From positions 32,001 to 96,000 of IMG/VR virus record IMGVR_UViG_3300037067_005321: 64,000 bases of DNA. One strand, written 5' to 3'. The notes beneath the pieces are model-generated. The model did not search any database. It saw only the letters and a list, made by a program, of their open reading frames with translations, and was not told the origin of the DNA. Origin of the DNA: a virus. Taxonomy: Duplodnaviria > Caudoviricetes. A program made the position numbers and the translations under genes. Below are positions 37,574 through 47,564 of this stretch, one piece after another; position 1 is the stretch's first letter, and every line of letters starts with the position of its first letter.

Positions 37574-38200
37574 TCATACATTTATCTCTCCATTTAACCA
37601 TTTTGTTAAAAATTCCTTATGAGTAATCTGATAATATTTACCATAAGGAACTATTCTAGTCATTGGTCTATACATTTCTTTAAAATCTACTACTGTAGTT
37701 TTAAATTCTTTTGGTCTTGCAACTGCTATAGCTTTAATAAAAGCTTCTGGGTGAATAACTGCTGAACCAAGAAGAATATAATGAAAAGGATTATACATTA
37801 TCATAGTAAGCTCTTGGAAGTCTGTATAAGTAGTTCTGCCTATAATAGACCATCTAAAATCATATAACTGCCAGAAATCACAAGCTAATCCAGTAAACAT
37901 CAATACTTTAATATTATTATCCTGACAATATCTTGTAATAGATCCTTCAGGAGCATTTTTACCATCTAAATAATTCCAAACTAATTTACTTGCTTCCTTA
38001 TTACAACTATAATCTTCAAGCAATTTAGTTAAAGGATAAGAAGTTCCAACTAAACTCTTATCAGTAGCAATCTGGAAGTCATGAAACAGACTACCACCAT
38101 TATGAATTAACATCTTGATATCTTTAGTCTTTATTACTTCCAGCAATTCTTCTCTGGCAGTTTTAATAACTGCCCCACCAATAGCTAGTATTTTATTCAT
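37574..38200 (-). CDS. Deoxyhypusine synthase-like protein
   Basis: IGGAVIK, HNGGSLFHDFQIA, DF..L, LGSAVIHPEAFIKA, RP..R.V..G. Confidence 0.6.
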   Translation of the reverse strand: MNKILAIGGAVIKTAREELLEVIKTKDIKMLIHNGGSLFHDFQIATDKSLVGTSYPLTKLLEDYSCNKEASKLVWNYLDGKNAPEGSITRYCQDNNIKVLMFTGLACDFWQLYDFRWSIIGRTTYTDFQELTMIMYNPFHYILLGSAVIHPEAFIKAIAVARPKEFKTTVVDFKEMYRPMTRIVPYGKYYQITHKEFLTKWLNGEINV

Positions 38201-38220
38201 TAATATACCTACTTACTTTT

Positions 38221-38256
38221 ATTATAATCATTACTATAGATTTGTCAAGGGGTAAA
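38221..38256 (-). promoter_or_regulatory. Promoter, 16-bp-spacer family
   Basis: TTTACCCCTTGACA-N16-TATAAT. Confidence 0.7.
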
Positions 38257-38480
38257 ATGCATTTTTCTTAAAATCCTATAAAATTTTTTATCACCTAACC
38301 CCAATTTAAGTAAAAAGTTCGGAAATTAACATCTATAATCAATCTTAATAAATTCTTTTCTCAACTCTTCATAATTAAACCATTTACAATATAACCAACC
38401 ACATTTTGGGCATTGTATTGGAGTTACTTCATGTGAATACCTATAACCACATTTAAGACATTTATATTTACCTATGAACA

Positions 38481-38822
38481 TCATATTTTATTAGAAAGTA
38501 ATCCTTTATTCCAAATCTCAAATATTATATCAGCTAAGGATGCTTTATTATTATAAGATCTTTTATTATAATATCTTAATTCTCCATCATCATCATAAAT
38601 AATATTTTCTTTACAATCTCTACAATAAAGTATACATTTTATCTCTTTTAGATCATTTCTCCTATAGAAAGTTCCAGTAAATACAATAGTATACTTTTTA
38701 AGATTTAATCCAAGAAGTCTATATTTATCACCAATATAACTACAATCTAGACGATTCAAGTTATTATTCCTCATATAAAATTCTGCTTCTTCAAAAGAAG
38801 AAGAAATAATTAGATATTTCAT
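38481..38822 (-). CDS. Hypothetical protein
   Basis: ORF track. Confidence 0.5.
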   Translation of the reverse strand: MKYLIISSSFEEAEFYMRNNNLNRLDCSYIGDKYRLLGLNLKKYTIVFTGTFYRRNDLKEIKCILYCRDCKENIIYDDDGELRYYNKRSYNNKASLADIIFEIWNKGLLSNKI

Positions 38823-39064
38823 CTATTATTCCATCTTTTTATAATATCATCATAGTTTTCTTTATATTTATTTATTATAAAGACATTGCATCTTTCGCAT
38901 CTTATAACCCTATCTCCACCAAAATGGTTATCATTAATATATATTGTATCAAATTTACCGCAAAATGGGCAAGGTTTAGTAATCTCCCTTATCTTTCCTT
39001 TATCTTTGAAATCAGAATCACAGTTAAAATTCCTTATAGTATTATCTGGAAATAGAACTTTCAT
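38819..39064 (-). CDS. Lar-like (restriction alleviation) Zn-ribbon protein
   Basis: KPCPFCG...CERC...WNNR. Confidence 0.6.
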   Translation of the reverse strand: MKVLFPDNTIRNFNCDSDFKDKGKIREITKPCPFCGKFDTIYINDNHFGGDRVIRCERCNVFIINKYKENYDDIIKRWNNR

Positions 39065-39085
39065 AACTTAATTCCTCCAAATTAT

Positions 39086-39133
39086 AATATAATCATTAGT
39101 ATAAATTTGTCAAGGGGTAAAGTGAAAATAATT
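39086..39133 (-). promoter_or_regulatory. Leftward promoter, 16-bp-spacer family
   Basis: TTGACA-N16-TATATT; heads the minus arm. Confidence 0.7.
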
Positions 39134-39214
39134 GTGGGGTGAAGGAGGATTAATAGCCCGAGTCAAAAAATAGAAAAAGTTTGAAGAGGGGGTTGGTGGG
39201 GGATGCTTCACTCC

Positions 39215-39284
39215 CTATACGGTACAATGCCTATATAGTACATAAACTATACTATCCTGGCTCTATACCATCTAGCTCCTATAC
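39215..39284 (+). repeat. Five CTATAY motifs at exact 16-bp spacing
   Basis: Starts at 39215, 39231, 39247, 39263, 39279; more CTATAC copies up to 39469. Confidence 0.6.
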
Positions 39285-39558
39285 CAATTCCATAGATAGT
39301 ATATATTCTATACTATATATTCTTTATATAGTTGAATTTATTGTACAATTCCTATACTATATATACTGTGTACTATCTATTCCCTATACAATTCACAATA
39401 TATTCAATATGTTATATAGTATATATCTTGTACTATTTAATTTCTATATATACTATTTACTTTCTATACTATCTATAAATTATACAGTTCAAAAAACAGT
39501 ATATAAACTATATGTTTAAATTGTGGAGATTGTAAAGAAACTTTTACAAAATAAATGC

Positions 39559-39587
39559 TTGACATACTACCTGTGATATGAGAAAAT
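39559..39587 (+). promoter_or_regulatory. Rightward early sigma70-like promoter
   Basis: TTGACA-N17-GAAAAT with extended TG; A-rich UP element. Confidence 0.6.
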
Positions 39588-39620
39588 GTAGTCTAATAAT
39601 TATAGTAGGAGGCAAAAATC

Positions 39621-39908
39621 ATGATGAAAAAAGAACAGGAAAAAAGAAACTCGTTTATAAATCAATTAAAAGATAAACTTCTGTCCAGGGGTTTTGTTCA
39701 GGATATTTATGGCAATCTTAAAAGAGAACATTTAAGAATACATTTTAAATCCAATGTATTAAATCTACAGCGATTAATTACATTTACAAATGGGGAATAT
39801 GCTTCTAAAACATGGCAAAATTCCTTTTCAATTTACTATAAGGATTTAGATGATGTAGCAATTAACAGAATTCTTTTTCGTGTAGACGCATTTGCAATTT
39901 TAAAATAA
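39621..39908 (+). CDS. First early hypothetical protein
   Basis: AGGAGG RBS. Confidence 0.6.
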   Translation: MMKKEQEKRNSFINQLKDKLLSRGFVQDIYGNLKREHLRIHFKSNVLNLQRLITFTNGEYASKTWQNSFSIYYKDLDDVAINRILFRVDAFAILK

Positions 39909-40050
39909 ACGGGAGGATAAAAATCATGCTAGTCAGAACAATTTTATCAGCAATATTTTTGTTTATATGGATATATGCATTGACTTTTATTGCATTTCTT
40001 TATTAGTTAATTTATCAGACTAATTATAAACTATTTAAAACATTAACAAT

Positions 40051-40299
40051 TTCAGTTCGTAAAGGACATTATAGGAGATTATCATGATAGATAAAAACAA
40101 AGTACAGGAAAAAAAAATGTACTCAATAAGATACATAAGTAAGAGGGGCTTCATTATTGAAGTATTGACAGAAAAATTAGAAGACATCATCGAAACGTTG
40201 TCAAACAGAAAAAGAGATATTGACACATTATTGTTAATAACTCTAGCTAATTAAACTATTATAATTATTAACATTATTCAGTTCGTAAAGGACATTATA
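40051..40299 (+). repeat. 23-bp direct repeat TTCAGTTCGTAAAGGACATTATA (40051-40073, 40277-40299)
   Basis: Identical copies immediately before the RBS of two consecutive genes. Confidence 0.8.
40084..40254 (+). CDS. 56-aa hypothetical protein (not in ORF track)
   Basis: AGGAG RBS; N-terminus MIDKNKVQE similar to next gene. Confidence 0.5.
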   Translation: MIDKNKVQEKKMYSIRYISKRGFIIEVLTEKLEDIIETLSNRKRDIDTLLLITLAN

Positions 40300-40310
40300 A
40301 GGAGATTATT

Positions 40311-40826
40311 ATGGAAAAGAGTAAAGTACAAGAACAGGAGATGGATGTAGTAAGTTTTATTAACAATCTGCCAATTCAGAAGAGGATTGATGCCTATAAA
40401 AAACTTGGCATGGTCCTTACTCAGGAAATGATTGATTTTCAAAAGAATCATATCAGCGATTTCTTTGCTGATATAGCCAAGAACGTCCCGGATAATTCAC
40501 TGGGATTGACACCTGAAACTATCAAGAACTGGCTGACTGAGAAATACAATGATTCTTTTCTCGACGGTGTATCTGAGATTGATTACATCAGCAAAAAGGC
40601 TGAAAATCTTCTGACGGTGCACCCGGAAACTGCGCTTGTCAGGACATTCAAGGTGGGCAATAAAAATGCACATATCGTTATTAAATGTTCCAATCCAAAA
40701 CAGAAATTGACCGCTGAACAGAGAAAGGCAAGATTGCTTCAGGAATTGGCAGCCGTCGAACGTGCTGAACAGAAGAGGATAGAACGCAAAGACAAGATCA
40801 GTGAAGCTCTGAAAAAGATTAAGTAA
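40311..40826 (+). CDS. Early protein with basic helical C-terminus
   Basis: AGGAG RBS; codon usage less AT-biased than neighbours; TAEQRKARL...KRIERK. Confidence 0.65.
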   Translation: MEKSKVQEQEMDVVSFINNLPIQKRIDAYKKLGMVLTQEMIDFQKNHISDFFADIAKNVPDNSLGLTPETIKNWLTEKYNDSFLDGVSEIDYISKKAENLLTVHPETALVRTFKVGNKNAHIVIKCSNPKQKLTAEQRKARLLQELAAVERAEQKRIERKDKISEALKKIK

Positions 40827-40881
40827 TTTGCTGATTTATCGGGAGGATATAGAAAATATCCTCCCCATTAAGTTAGTAAAT
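40826..40881 (+). other. Long imperfect hairpin (processing site or terminator)
   Basis: GGGAGGATAT/ATATCCTCCC upper stem plus ATTTGCTGATTTA/TAAGTTAGTAAAT lower stem. Confidence 0.55.
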
Positions 40882-41102
40882 ATTAACCTGTAAAATGAAA
40901 GGAAAAGAATATGAATAAAACAATTATCCTCTTAATTTACAAAGACAGTAGGATGTTTGTAGATACAATTTTAAATTTTAAAAATAACTGTTTTACCTGT
41001 GATAAAACAGATTGCAATGATTGCAATCTGTTTAAGGATTTAAAAGCAGGTAGTCCTTCACTTTGTGATTTAGAGAAATAAATCAACAAATAAGTAGTCT
41101 TC

Positions 41103-41138
41103 AAAGCCTGTATCTTTAATTAGATACAGGCTTTTTTT
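41103..41138 (+). terminator. Intrinsic terminator
   Basis: AAAGCCTGTATCT-TTAATT-AGATACAGGCTTT followed by a T tract. Confidence 0.8.
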
Positions 41139-41304
41139 ATGTCTATAAGTAGAGAAACAATTTCTTTTCTTAAAACCTTTAACAGGAGATAAAATAATGA
41201 AATGCATTGAATGCAAAAACTATGACAGAAAAACAAAGAAGTGTAAAATCACTAATCTTTTTACAGCAAGAAAAAAGGAATGTGATACCAAAAAGTAACA
41301 TTTT

Positions 41305-41350
41305 AATCCCTCAGTGATTAATTTCACTGAGGGATTCTTATTCTTTTCTT
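41305..41350 (+). terminator. Probable intrinsic terminator
   Basis: AATCCCTCAGTGA-TTAATT-TCACTGAGGGATT then T-rich tail. Confidence 0.65.
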
Positions 41351-41681
41351 AATTCTTTTTATTCAGGATTATTTTTTATGTTATGTTCTATTTTCTTTTT
41401 GAGATTAAACATGTTTTTGCAGGTCTTCGTGGTTCCAGAAAATCGACTGATAGAAATAGATATGAATTTATAAACAGGAAAATTGAAAAACTGATTTCCT
41501 GTAACTTATATAAATGATCAAATGGTAATAGATTACACACTTATAAAAAATAGTCCTTAGAAAATAATCTGTTTTTTTGAATATTGAAAAAATAATATAT
41601 AATAATATCAACTAGTTAATTTTTCGACTTTCAAAAACATAGTTTATAGGGTATTTTTTTGACTTTTGTTTAAGTTACGAT

Positions 41682-42293
41682 ATGGAGATAATTATGACTG
41701 ATATATTAGAGAAATATGGATATAAAAAGACTTATTTATTGAGAAAAAGTAAAAAAGTAAATAATACTGGTGATCTGAATAAGGATATACAGATCATAGA
41801 AAAGAAGATATCCCATGTGGATATTCCAAAAGAGGATAATTTCATATCTCCATATTACCCTGATGAGAAAAAACCTTATAATATTGTAGATTTAACTCCA
41901 TACAAAGGTTATCATAGTCTCCCTGATTACATACCAATAAAGAAACAACAACAAATTGAGAATAGGTATATAGATGGAACATTAAAACCTATCTCTAAAA
42001 CATATACTGATTCACAATTCTTCAAAATGTATAATGATATCTTACCCTTATACTATAAAGACAGAAGACCTAAGATATTGCAAGGTGAGCGTATATCCTT
42101 CATGCTAAAACTGCATTTAGGCATTAAGGATAAACCTATAATCAAGAAGGAAATGCAGGATATTTCCCTATTGGATTATAAGGATTACAATATTCCATTC
42201 AGGACTTATTCCCTAATTACTGATAATAGGATGAAGTCATATTCCTATATTATTCCTATGAGATATACAGTATTGTATCACATGGTAAAATGA
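41682..42293 (+). CDS. Hypothetical protein
   Basis: ORF track. Confidence 0.5.
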   Translation: MEIIMTDILEKYGYKKTYLLRKSKKVNNTGDLNKDIQIIEKKISHVDIPKEDNFISPYYPDEKKPYNIVDLTPYKGYHSLPDYIPIKKQQQIENRYIDGTLKPISKTYTDSQFFKMYNDILPLYYKDRRPKILQGERISFMLKLHLGIKDKPIIKKEMQDISLLDYKDYNIPFRTYSLITDNRMKSYSYIIPMRYTVLYHMVK

Positions 42294-42645
42294 TATCATA
42301 ATGATATCATTTATATTTAATTAATATTATTAATCCTTTATGGAGGTTTTTATTATGTATAGAATAGTTTATTATAATATTAATATTAAACTTAAGCATA
42401 AATTAGAATATCTTAATAAAGATTATAATATGTTTATATCTGATCTTATATGGTTGTATAAATATGAAAAAAATATTGGTATATCTAAATATTAAAGAGG
42501 AGTTTATTATGTATAAAATTATATTTTATAATTCTTCAACTGATAGTAAAATTCAGGCATTGTTTGACACATGTAATATGCTTAAAAAAGCATTGTCTAT
42601 TTTAAGACAAAATAATTCTAAAGTCTTAGGAATATCTAAATATTA

Positions 42646-43089
42646 ATGAGGTTTATTATGAAACCAGTAACTATTTTTCATAGTGGATATTTATCAAACA
42701 TATTTAATCCTGATTCATTAGTTAGAACAGTAAATAGAACTAATGAAAGATTAAAAATATTTAGATTCAGGAAAAAGTTTGATGCAATAGCTTTTTCTGG
42801 TAACTCCGGTGCTGGAATTTGTTATCCATTATCATATATGTATAAATGGCCTATTATCTGTGTTAGAAAAGAAGAATTATCTCATGGTTGTGATATAGAA
42901 GGAACAAGAGCAGAAATTAAAAAATATGTGATAGTGGATGATTTTATTAATTCTGGAAACACTGTCAAAAGAATAATAGATAAATTATTACCTGCTTCAT
43001 GTGTTGGAATATATATTTACAATGAAGATAAATTTCTATACTATAATTATAAAGAAGATGTTTTATTGGAGGTTAAAATTGGAAAATGA
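42646..43089 (+). CDS. Phosphoribosyltransferase-fold protein
   Basis: YVIVDDFINSGNT PRPP-binding loop; VRK...HG. Confidence 0.75.
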   Translation: MRFIMKPVTIFHSGYLSNIFNPDSLVRTVNRTNERLKIFRFRKKFDAIAFSGNSGAGICYPLSYMYKWPIICVRKEELSHGCDIEGTRAEIKKYVIVDDFINSGNTVKRIIDKLLPASCVGIYIYNEDKFLYYNYKEDVLLEVKIGK

Positions 43090-43210
43090 AATATTGTGTG
43101 AAAATGGTATGCATATTATTGAATTTGATTATGAATTAGAAGAAATTATTAATCTTTTAGAAGAAGAATTAGGAGATGATATTATTAACAATTTAAATGG
43201 AGGATAAATT

Positions 43211-43777
43211 ATGAAATTAATAAATAATTATTGGGTTGATGAAAATAATAATAAATGGAATGAAGCAAATTGTTCTGAGGAACAAGCAATTGAGAATTCT
43301 AAATCATTAATAAATTGTTCTCATTGTTCTGATTCTTCTGATTTATTTTATTGTTCTTATTGTTTTAATTGTTCTGATTTATTTCATTGTTTTAATTGTT
43401 CTGATTTATTTCATTGTTCTGATTGTTCTTATTCTTCTAATTTATCTCATTGTTCTCGTTGTTCTTATTCTTCTAATTTATCTCATTGTTCTTATTGTTC
43501 TGATTGTTCTTATTCTTCTAATTTATCTCATTGTTCTCGTTGTTCTGATTTTAAAAGTAATCCTCAAAGAATAGTATCAGATAATATTGGTTCAAGAAAA
43601 TCACAAACTACTATATATTTTAATAATGAAAAAACTTTAGTAATTTGTGGATGTTATAAAGGAACTTTACAAGAATTTAAAGATAGAGTTTGTAATGTAT
43701 ATTCAAAAGATACTTTGTATTACAAAGAGTATTTTAATTTTATTAACCGTATAGAAAAATATATTAAAGGAGAATAA
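43211..43777 (+). CDS. Cys-rich tripeptide-repeat protein
   Basis: (C-S-x) repeats on a 9-nt periodic DNA tract; C-terminal IGSR...T......V.CGC..GTL.EF domain of phage repeat proteins. Confidence 0.65.
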   Translation: MKLINNYWVDENNNKWNEANCSEEQAIENSKSLINCSHCSDSSDLFYCSYCFNCSDLFHCFNCSDLFHCSDCSYSSNLSHCSRCSYSSNLSHCSYCSDCSYSSNLSHCSRCSDFKSNPQRIVSDNIGSRKSQTTIYFNNEKTLVICGCYKGTLQEFKDRVCNVYSKDTLYYKEYFNFINRIEKYIKGE

Positions 43778-44674
43778 ATTATGAAACATGTATTTAAACC
43801 GACTATTTATGATAGATTAATAAGGAAGGAAGGAAAACAGCAGGATGCTATTATCAAACTTATTAAACTAGCTAATAAGGAAAGGATAATTAAAAAATGA
43901 ATAGAATCATTATTATCATTGCTCTTTTATTAACAGTTTTTATAATAGGAATAGGTGGAAGTCTTATATCAATGATTTATGGTTGGGGATTAATGCCTAA
44001 AAGTTTTCCAATTATAATTATTGTGTATATTGTCGTAACAGTTATTATAACATTTATTATGGAGGCTATAAAGAAATTATGATCAAAATATCTCATACTA
44101 ATTATGGAAATAAATCTTATTATGAAATCATAGGTAAAAATGGAAGACCTATGATATTTAAATTTCAAACTTTAGATAGTTTGAAAAAGTATCTAAATAA
44201 ATAATATCTTTCTCCCATATTAATTTATGGGAGATTATTTAAGTATATAATATTATTATATATTTAAGTAATCTTAATTGGAGGATGTATGGATAGATTA
44301 CAACATATCTTCAATCCGGTGCATATCTATTGTAGATTAGTAGATATATGTTTATTCCTTCACTTAAACTATAAACAATCTAAAACAGTAGCAACAATAA
44401 TAATAAATAAAATCAATAATTTATTAATAACAATATTATATTAAAAGGGGATAATTATGAGTAAGTATATTATACAACAAAAATCTACTATTTTTCCATT
44501 TTTTAGAGATTTTGGTAATGAATCATTTACTGATATTAATGAAGCAAGAAAAGAAAGAGATAAGCTAACAGAGATATCTATTAAAGAATATAATTCAATG
44601 TATGATTATATTATAATAAAACGTACTGAAAACATAGATATAGTTATATAAAAACTTATATTAAGGAGATAACT

Positions 44675-45061
44675 ATGACAAGAGATTATGATAGACATAT
44701 ATATTTATATGCAAAGAATTGGTATAAAAGAACTGATTTAATTGAAGATTTAAAAAAACTTCTTTCAGTTAGATCAGGTATACCCCAGGAGTATATATCA
44801 ACAGAAAATATAGTACATGTATTATCTAATATAACATCAAATTATATAGGTACACCTGATAAAGCAGAAAGATTTATTGATGATTTACATCATAGATACA
44901 CATTTAATAAATACTTTATTAATGAAGAGAGTTCTTTTGAAGAAACTTTGATAACTACAATGTTATCTATATTAGCATTTTTAGAAGTAAAAGATATTCC
45001 ATTTGAATTAGGTGAACCGGATTATAATATATTACCAAAAAAGGATGATATTAAATCATGA
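44675..45061 (+). CDS. Hypothetical protein
   Basis: AAGGAG RBS. Confidence 0.55.
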   Translation: MTRDYDRHIYLYAKNWYKRTDLIEDLKKLLSVRSGIPQEYISTENIVHVLSNITSNYIGTPDKAERFIDDLHHRYTFNKYFINEESSFEETLITTMLSILAFLEVKDIPFELGEPDYNILPKKDDIKS

Positions 45062-45266
45062 GAAAACCAAAAGAAAATTTTACTACTAAAATGTTCTTTT
45101 CTTATGAAAAGAAACAAAATGAATTAATCAGGCTTATTCAGAATAGTATAGATGTAAGAACGTCTAAAATGCCATTATATCATCATATAGATAATGGTAA
45201 TAGAATAATATCAACTTATTCAGGTAATTGGAAAGCTAACAATTTAATATAGAGGAGAATATTATT

Positions 45267-45749
45267 ATGAAATTTAAAATTAAGAAAAAGTTTAGAACAA
45301 TAGATTTTTATGATTACATAAAAACACAGGGAAGGGACAATTGTAAAGAATTTGAAAGGGATATGATAGACTTTACTAATGGTGAAAGTATATTTATTGA
45401 ATGGTCACGCCATGAGGAATGTAATAACTCCAATTATAAACTTGGAAACCTTTTACAAGATCCAAATAGAAATAATTTTAGAAAATATATGATACAGGGT
45501 GGATTTATAGAGAAAGATGAACCTGAAGTATTTTATAAGGTAGGAGATAAAATTAAAACAGTATTTACTCCTAGTAATACAAAAGATACTTATATGATAT
45601 CTCATATAGGATCATTTAATATTATTTTAATAAATATAGAAAATGGAAATGCATTTTTATTTACATCTATTCATGTAAATAATACCAGTAATATCGAAAA
45701 ACATATTATTGAAAAATATCTTGGTAGTGATTATAAAATTATAGAATAA
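45267..45749 (+). CDS. Hypothetical protein
   Basis: GAGGAG RBS. Confidence 0.55.
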   Translation: MKFKIKKKFRTIDFYDYIKTQGRDNCKEFERDMIDFTNGESIFIEWSRHEECNNSNYKLGNLLQDPNRNNFRKYMIQGGFIEKDEPEVFYKVGDKIKTVFTPSNTKDTYMISHIGSFNIILINIENGNAFLFTSIHVNNTSNIEKHIIEKYLGSDYKIIE

Positions 45750-45877
45750 ATAATATCATTTGCAGTGTGGGAGAAGAATTTTATTCTCCCATTCTTTTAA
45801 TCATATTATCCTTTGTGGTTTTTTGGGGCCTGCACATTTTAATATATTGAAATGATTATAAATTTTCTGGGGTAGAA

Positions 45878-47215
45878 ATGGAAAAAGAAAAACAGATAAT
45901 GCAGAAATTAATAGATAATGGTTATCAAGCTTATGTCACAGGTGGTGCTGTGCGTGATATTGTAATGAATAAAACTCCATCGGATTATGACTTGGTTACA
46001 AATGCAAGACCTAATCAAATTATTGAGTTATTTCAATCACACAAATGTGATTTAGTAGGTCAATCCTTTGGTGTTGTTATTGTGGATAATATTGAGGTAG
46101 CTACATTTAGAAAAGATAAATACAATGGATTATCAGATAAAGATGTAGTTATTACATATTCAGATACATTAGAAGAGGATTCAGAACGCAGAGATTTCTC
46201 TTTTAATTCTCTCTATATGGATATTAATGGAAATATTATTGACCCTCAAAATGGATTATCTGATATAAATAATAAAATAGTAAGATTTATTGGTAATCCA
46301 GATGATAGAATTTATGAAGACCCTAATAGAATTTTACGAGCTATCAGATTTAAAAATCAATTTAACTTCACATATGATTTTCTTACTGAAAATTCTATTA
46401 TATATAATAGGAATTTAGTATCAAATATCGCACGTGAACGAATTCGTGTGGAACTACTCAAGTTATTAAAGAATCGAAAATCAAGCGGTTTTTTTGCTGA
46501 TTTAAGAAGATTTGATATATTGAAATATATATTTCCTTCACTTAATAATTGCTATAATATTAAGCATGATAATAAATATCATAGAGAAGATATATTTACT
46601 CATTGTCTTAATGTTGGAGATAGAATATCCTGTAGATATCCATTATTGAAACTGGTAGGCTATTTACATGATGTAGGCAAGGCTGATGCCAAAAAATGGA
46701 ATTTAGACAGGAATGAGTTTGCTTTTATTGAACATGAATTGTTAGCATTGCCATTATTAGATAAAGAATTGGAATCATTGAAGTTTTCTACTGATGAAAA
46801 AAAGTACATCCTTAAAATGACTGAGTATCATATGTCAAGTGTATTTGATTCTAAAAAAGAAGGTAAAAAAAGAATAATTAAAAGATTAGGAGAAAATGAT
46901 ATTGATTACAAGGATTTAATCAGGTTTAAAATAGCTGATAGACATGGTGCAGAGAATAATAGGAAGAGAAATACTATTAGTGAAATCAAAGAGTTACTTA
47001 AACAATTTAAAGTAATAATTGACTTCAAAGAACCTTGTTTTAAACGTGATTTGGCTATTAATGGATTTGATGTAATGAATATATTAGATATTAAACCAGG
47101 AAAAGATATAGGCAGAATTTTAAATGAATGTATGGAATTAGTATTACTTCATCCAGAACATAATAACTATGTAGATTTATCTTATTATATTAAGATGAAA
47201 GGTCAAAGATTATAA
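45878..47215 (+). CDS. cca: CCA tRNA nucleotidyltransferase with HD domain
   Basis: GGAVRD, DYD, RRDFSFNSL, EDP.RILRAIRF, LHDVGK. Confidence 0.9.
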   Translation: MEKEKQIMQKLIDNGYQAYVTGGAVRDIVMNKTPSDYDLVTNARPNQIIELFQSHKCDLVGQSFGVVIVDNIEVATFRKDKYNGLSDKDVVITYSDTLEEDSERRDFSFNSLYMDINGNIIDPQNGLSDINNKIVRFIGNPDDRIYEDPNRILRAIRFKNQFNFTYDFLTENSIIYNRNLVSNIARERIRVELLKLLKNRKSSGFFADLRRFDILKYIFPSLNNCYNIKHDNKYHREDIFTHCLNVGDRISCRYPLLKLVGYLHDVGKADAKKWNLDRNEFAFIEHELLALPLLDKELESLKFSTDEKKYILKMTEYHMSSVFDSKKEGKKRIIKRLGENDIDYKDLIRFKIADRHGAENNRKRNTISEIKELLKQFKVIIDFKEPCFKRDLAINGFDVMNILDIKPGKDIGRILNECMELVLLHPEHNNYVDLSYYIKMKGQRL

Positions 47216-47564
47216 TTAACTTTATAAAGGAGAAATAAATGAAAGCATTTATAGATGAAACTACGTCAACTGTTTATTTTTTTCACGCCGGTAAACTAGC
47301 AGCAATAGATTTAAGTACAGAAGATATAATATATGTTGAGGACTATTTAGATTCAAGTCTTTCAAATGAAGAATTAACAGTTATAATAAATAATTTAAAA
47401 TAAAGGAGAAATAATTATGGAAAATCAAGAAGTTAAAGAAGTAGTAGTCAAAACAAAGAAAGAGAAGAAGTATGATAAACACGACAGAAAAGTATTAGAA
47501 ATGGAAGCTAAAAATCCAAAGGCAGTATTAAAGATTGCAAGATTGAAAAAACAAAGAGATAATT

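Noticed and set aside
39188-39202. G-quadruplex
   Set aside because: Only two long G runs plus GG; at best a weak two-tier structure, not supportable.
39215-39294. Possible mini CRISPR or TIGR-like array
   Set aside because: Unit is only 16 bp with a 6-bp constant part; no Cas or Nop-domain gene seen.
39181-39519. 112-aa plus-strand ORF
   Set aside because: Tyr/Ile-rich translation of the low-complexity CTATA tract; better explained as non-coding.
43314-43550. Diversity-generating retroelement template/variable repeats
   Set aside because: Repeats are tandem and in frame, differences are not adenine-specific, and there is no reverse transcriptase in the window.
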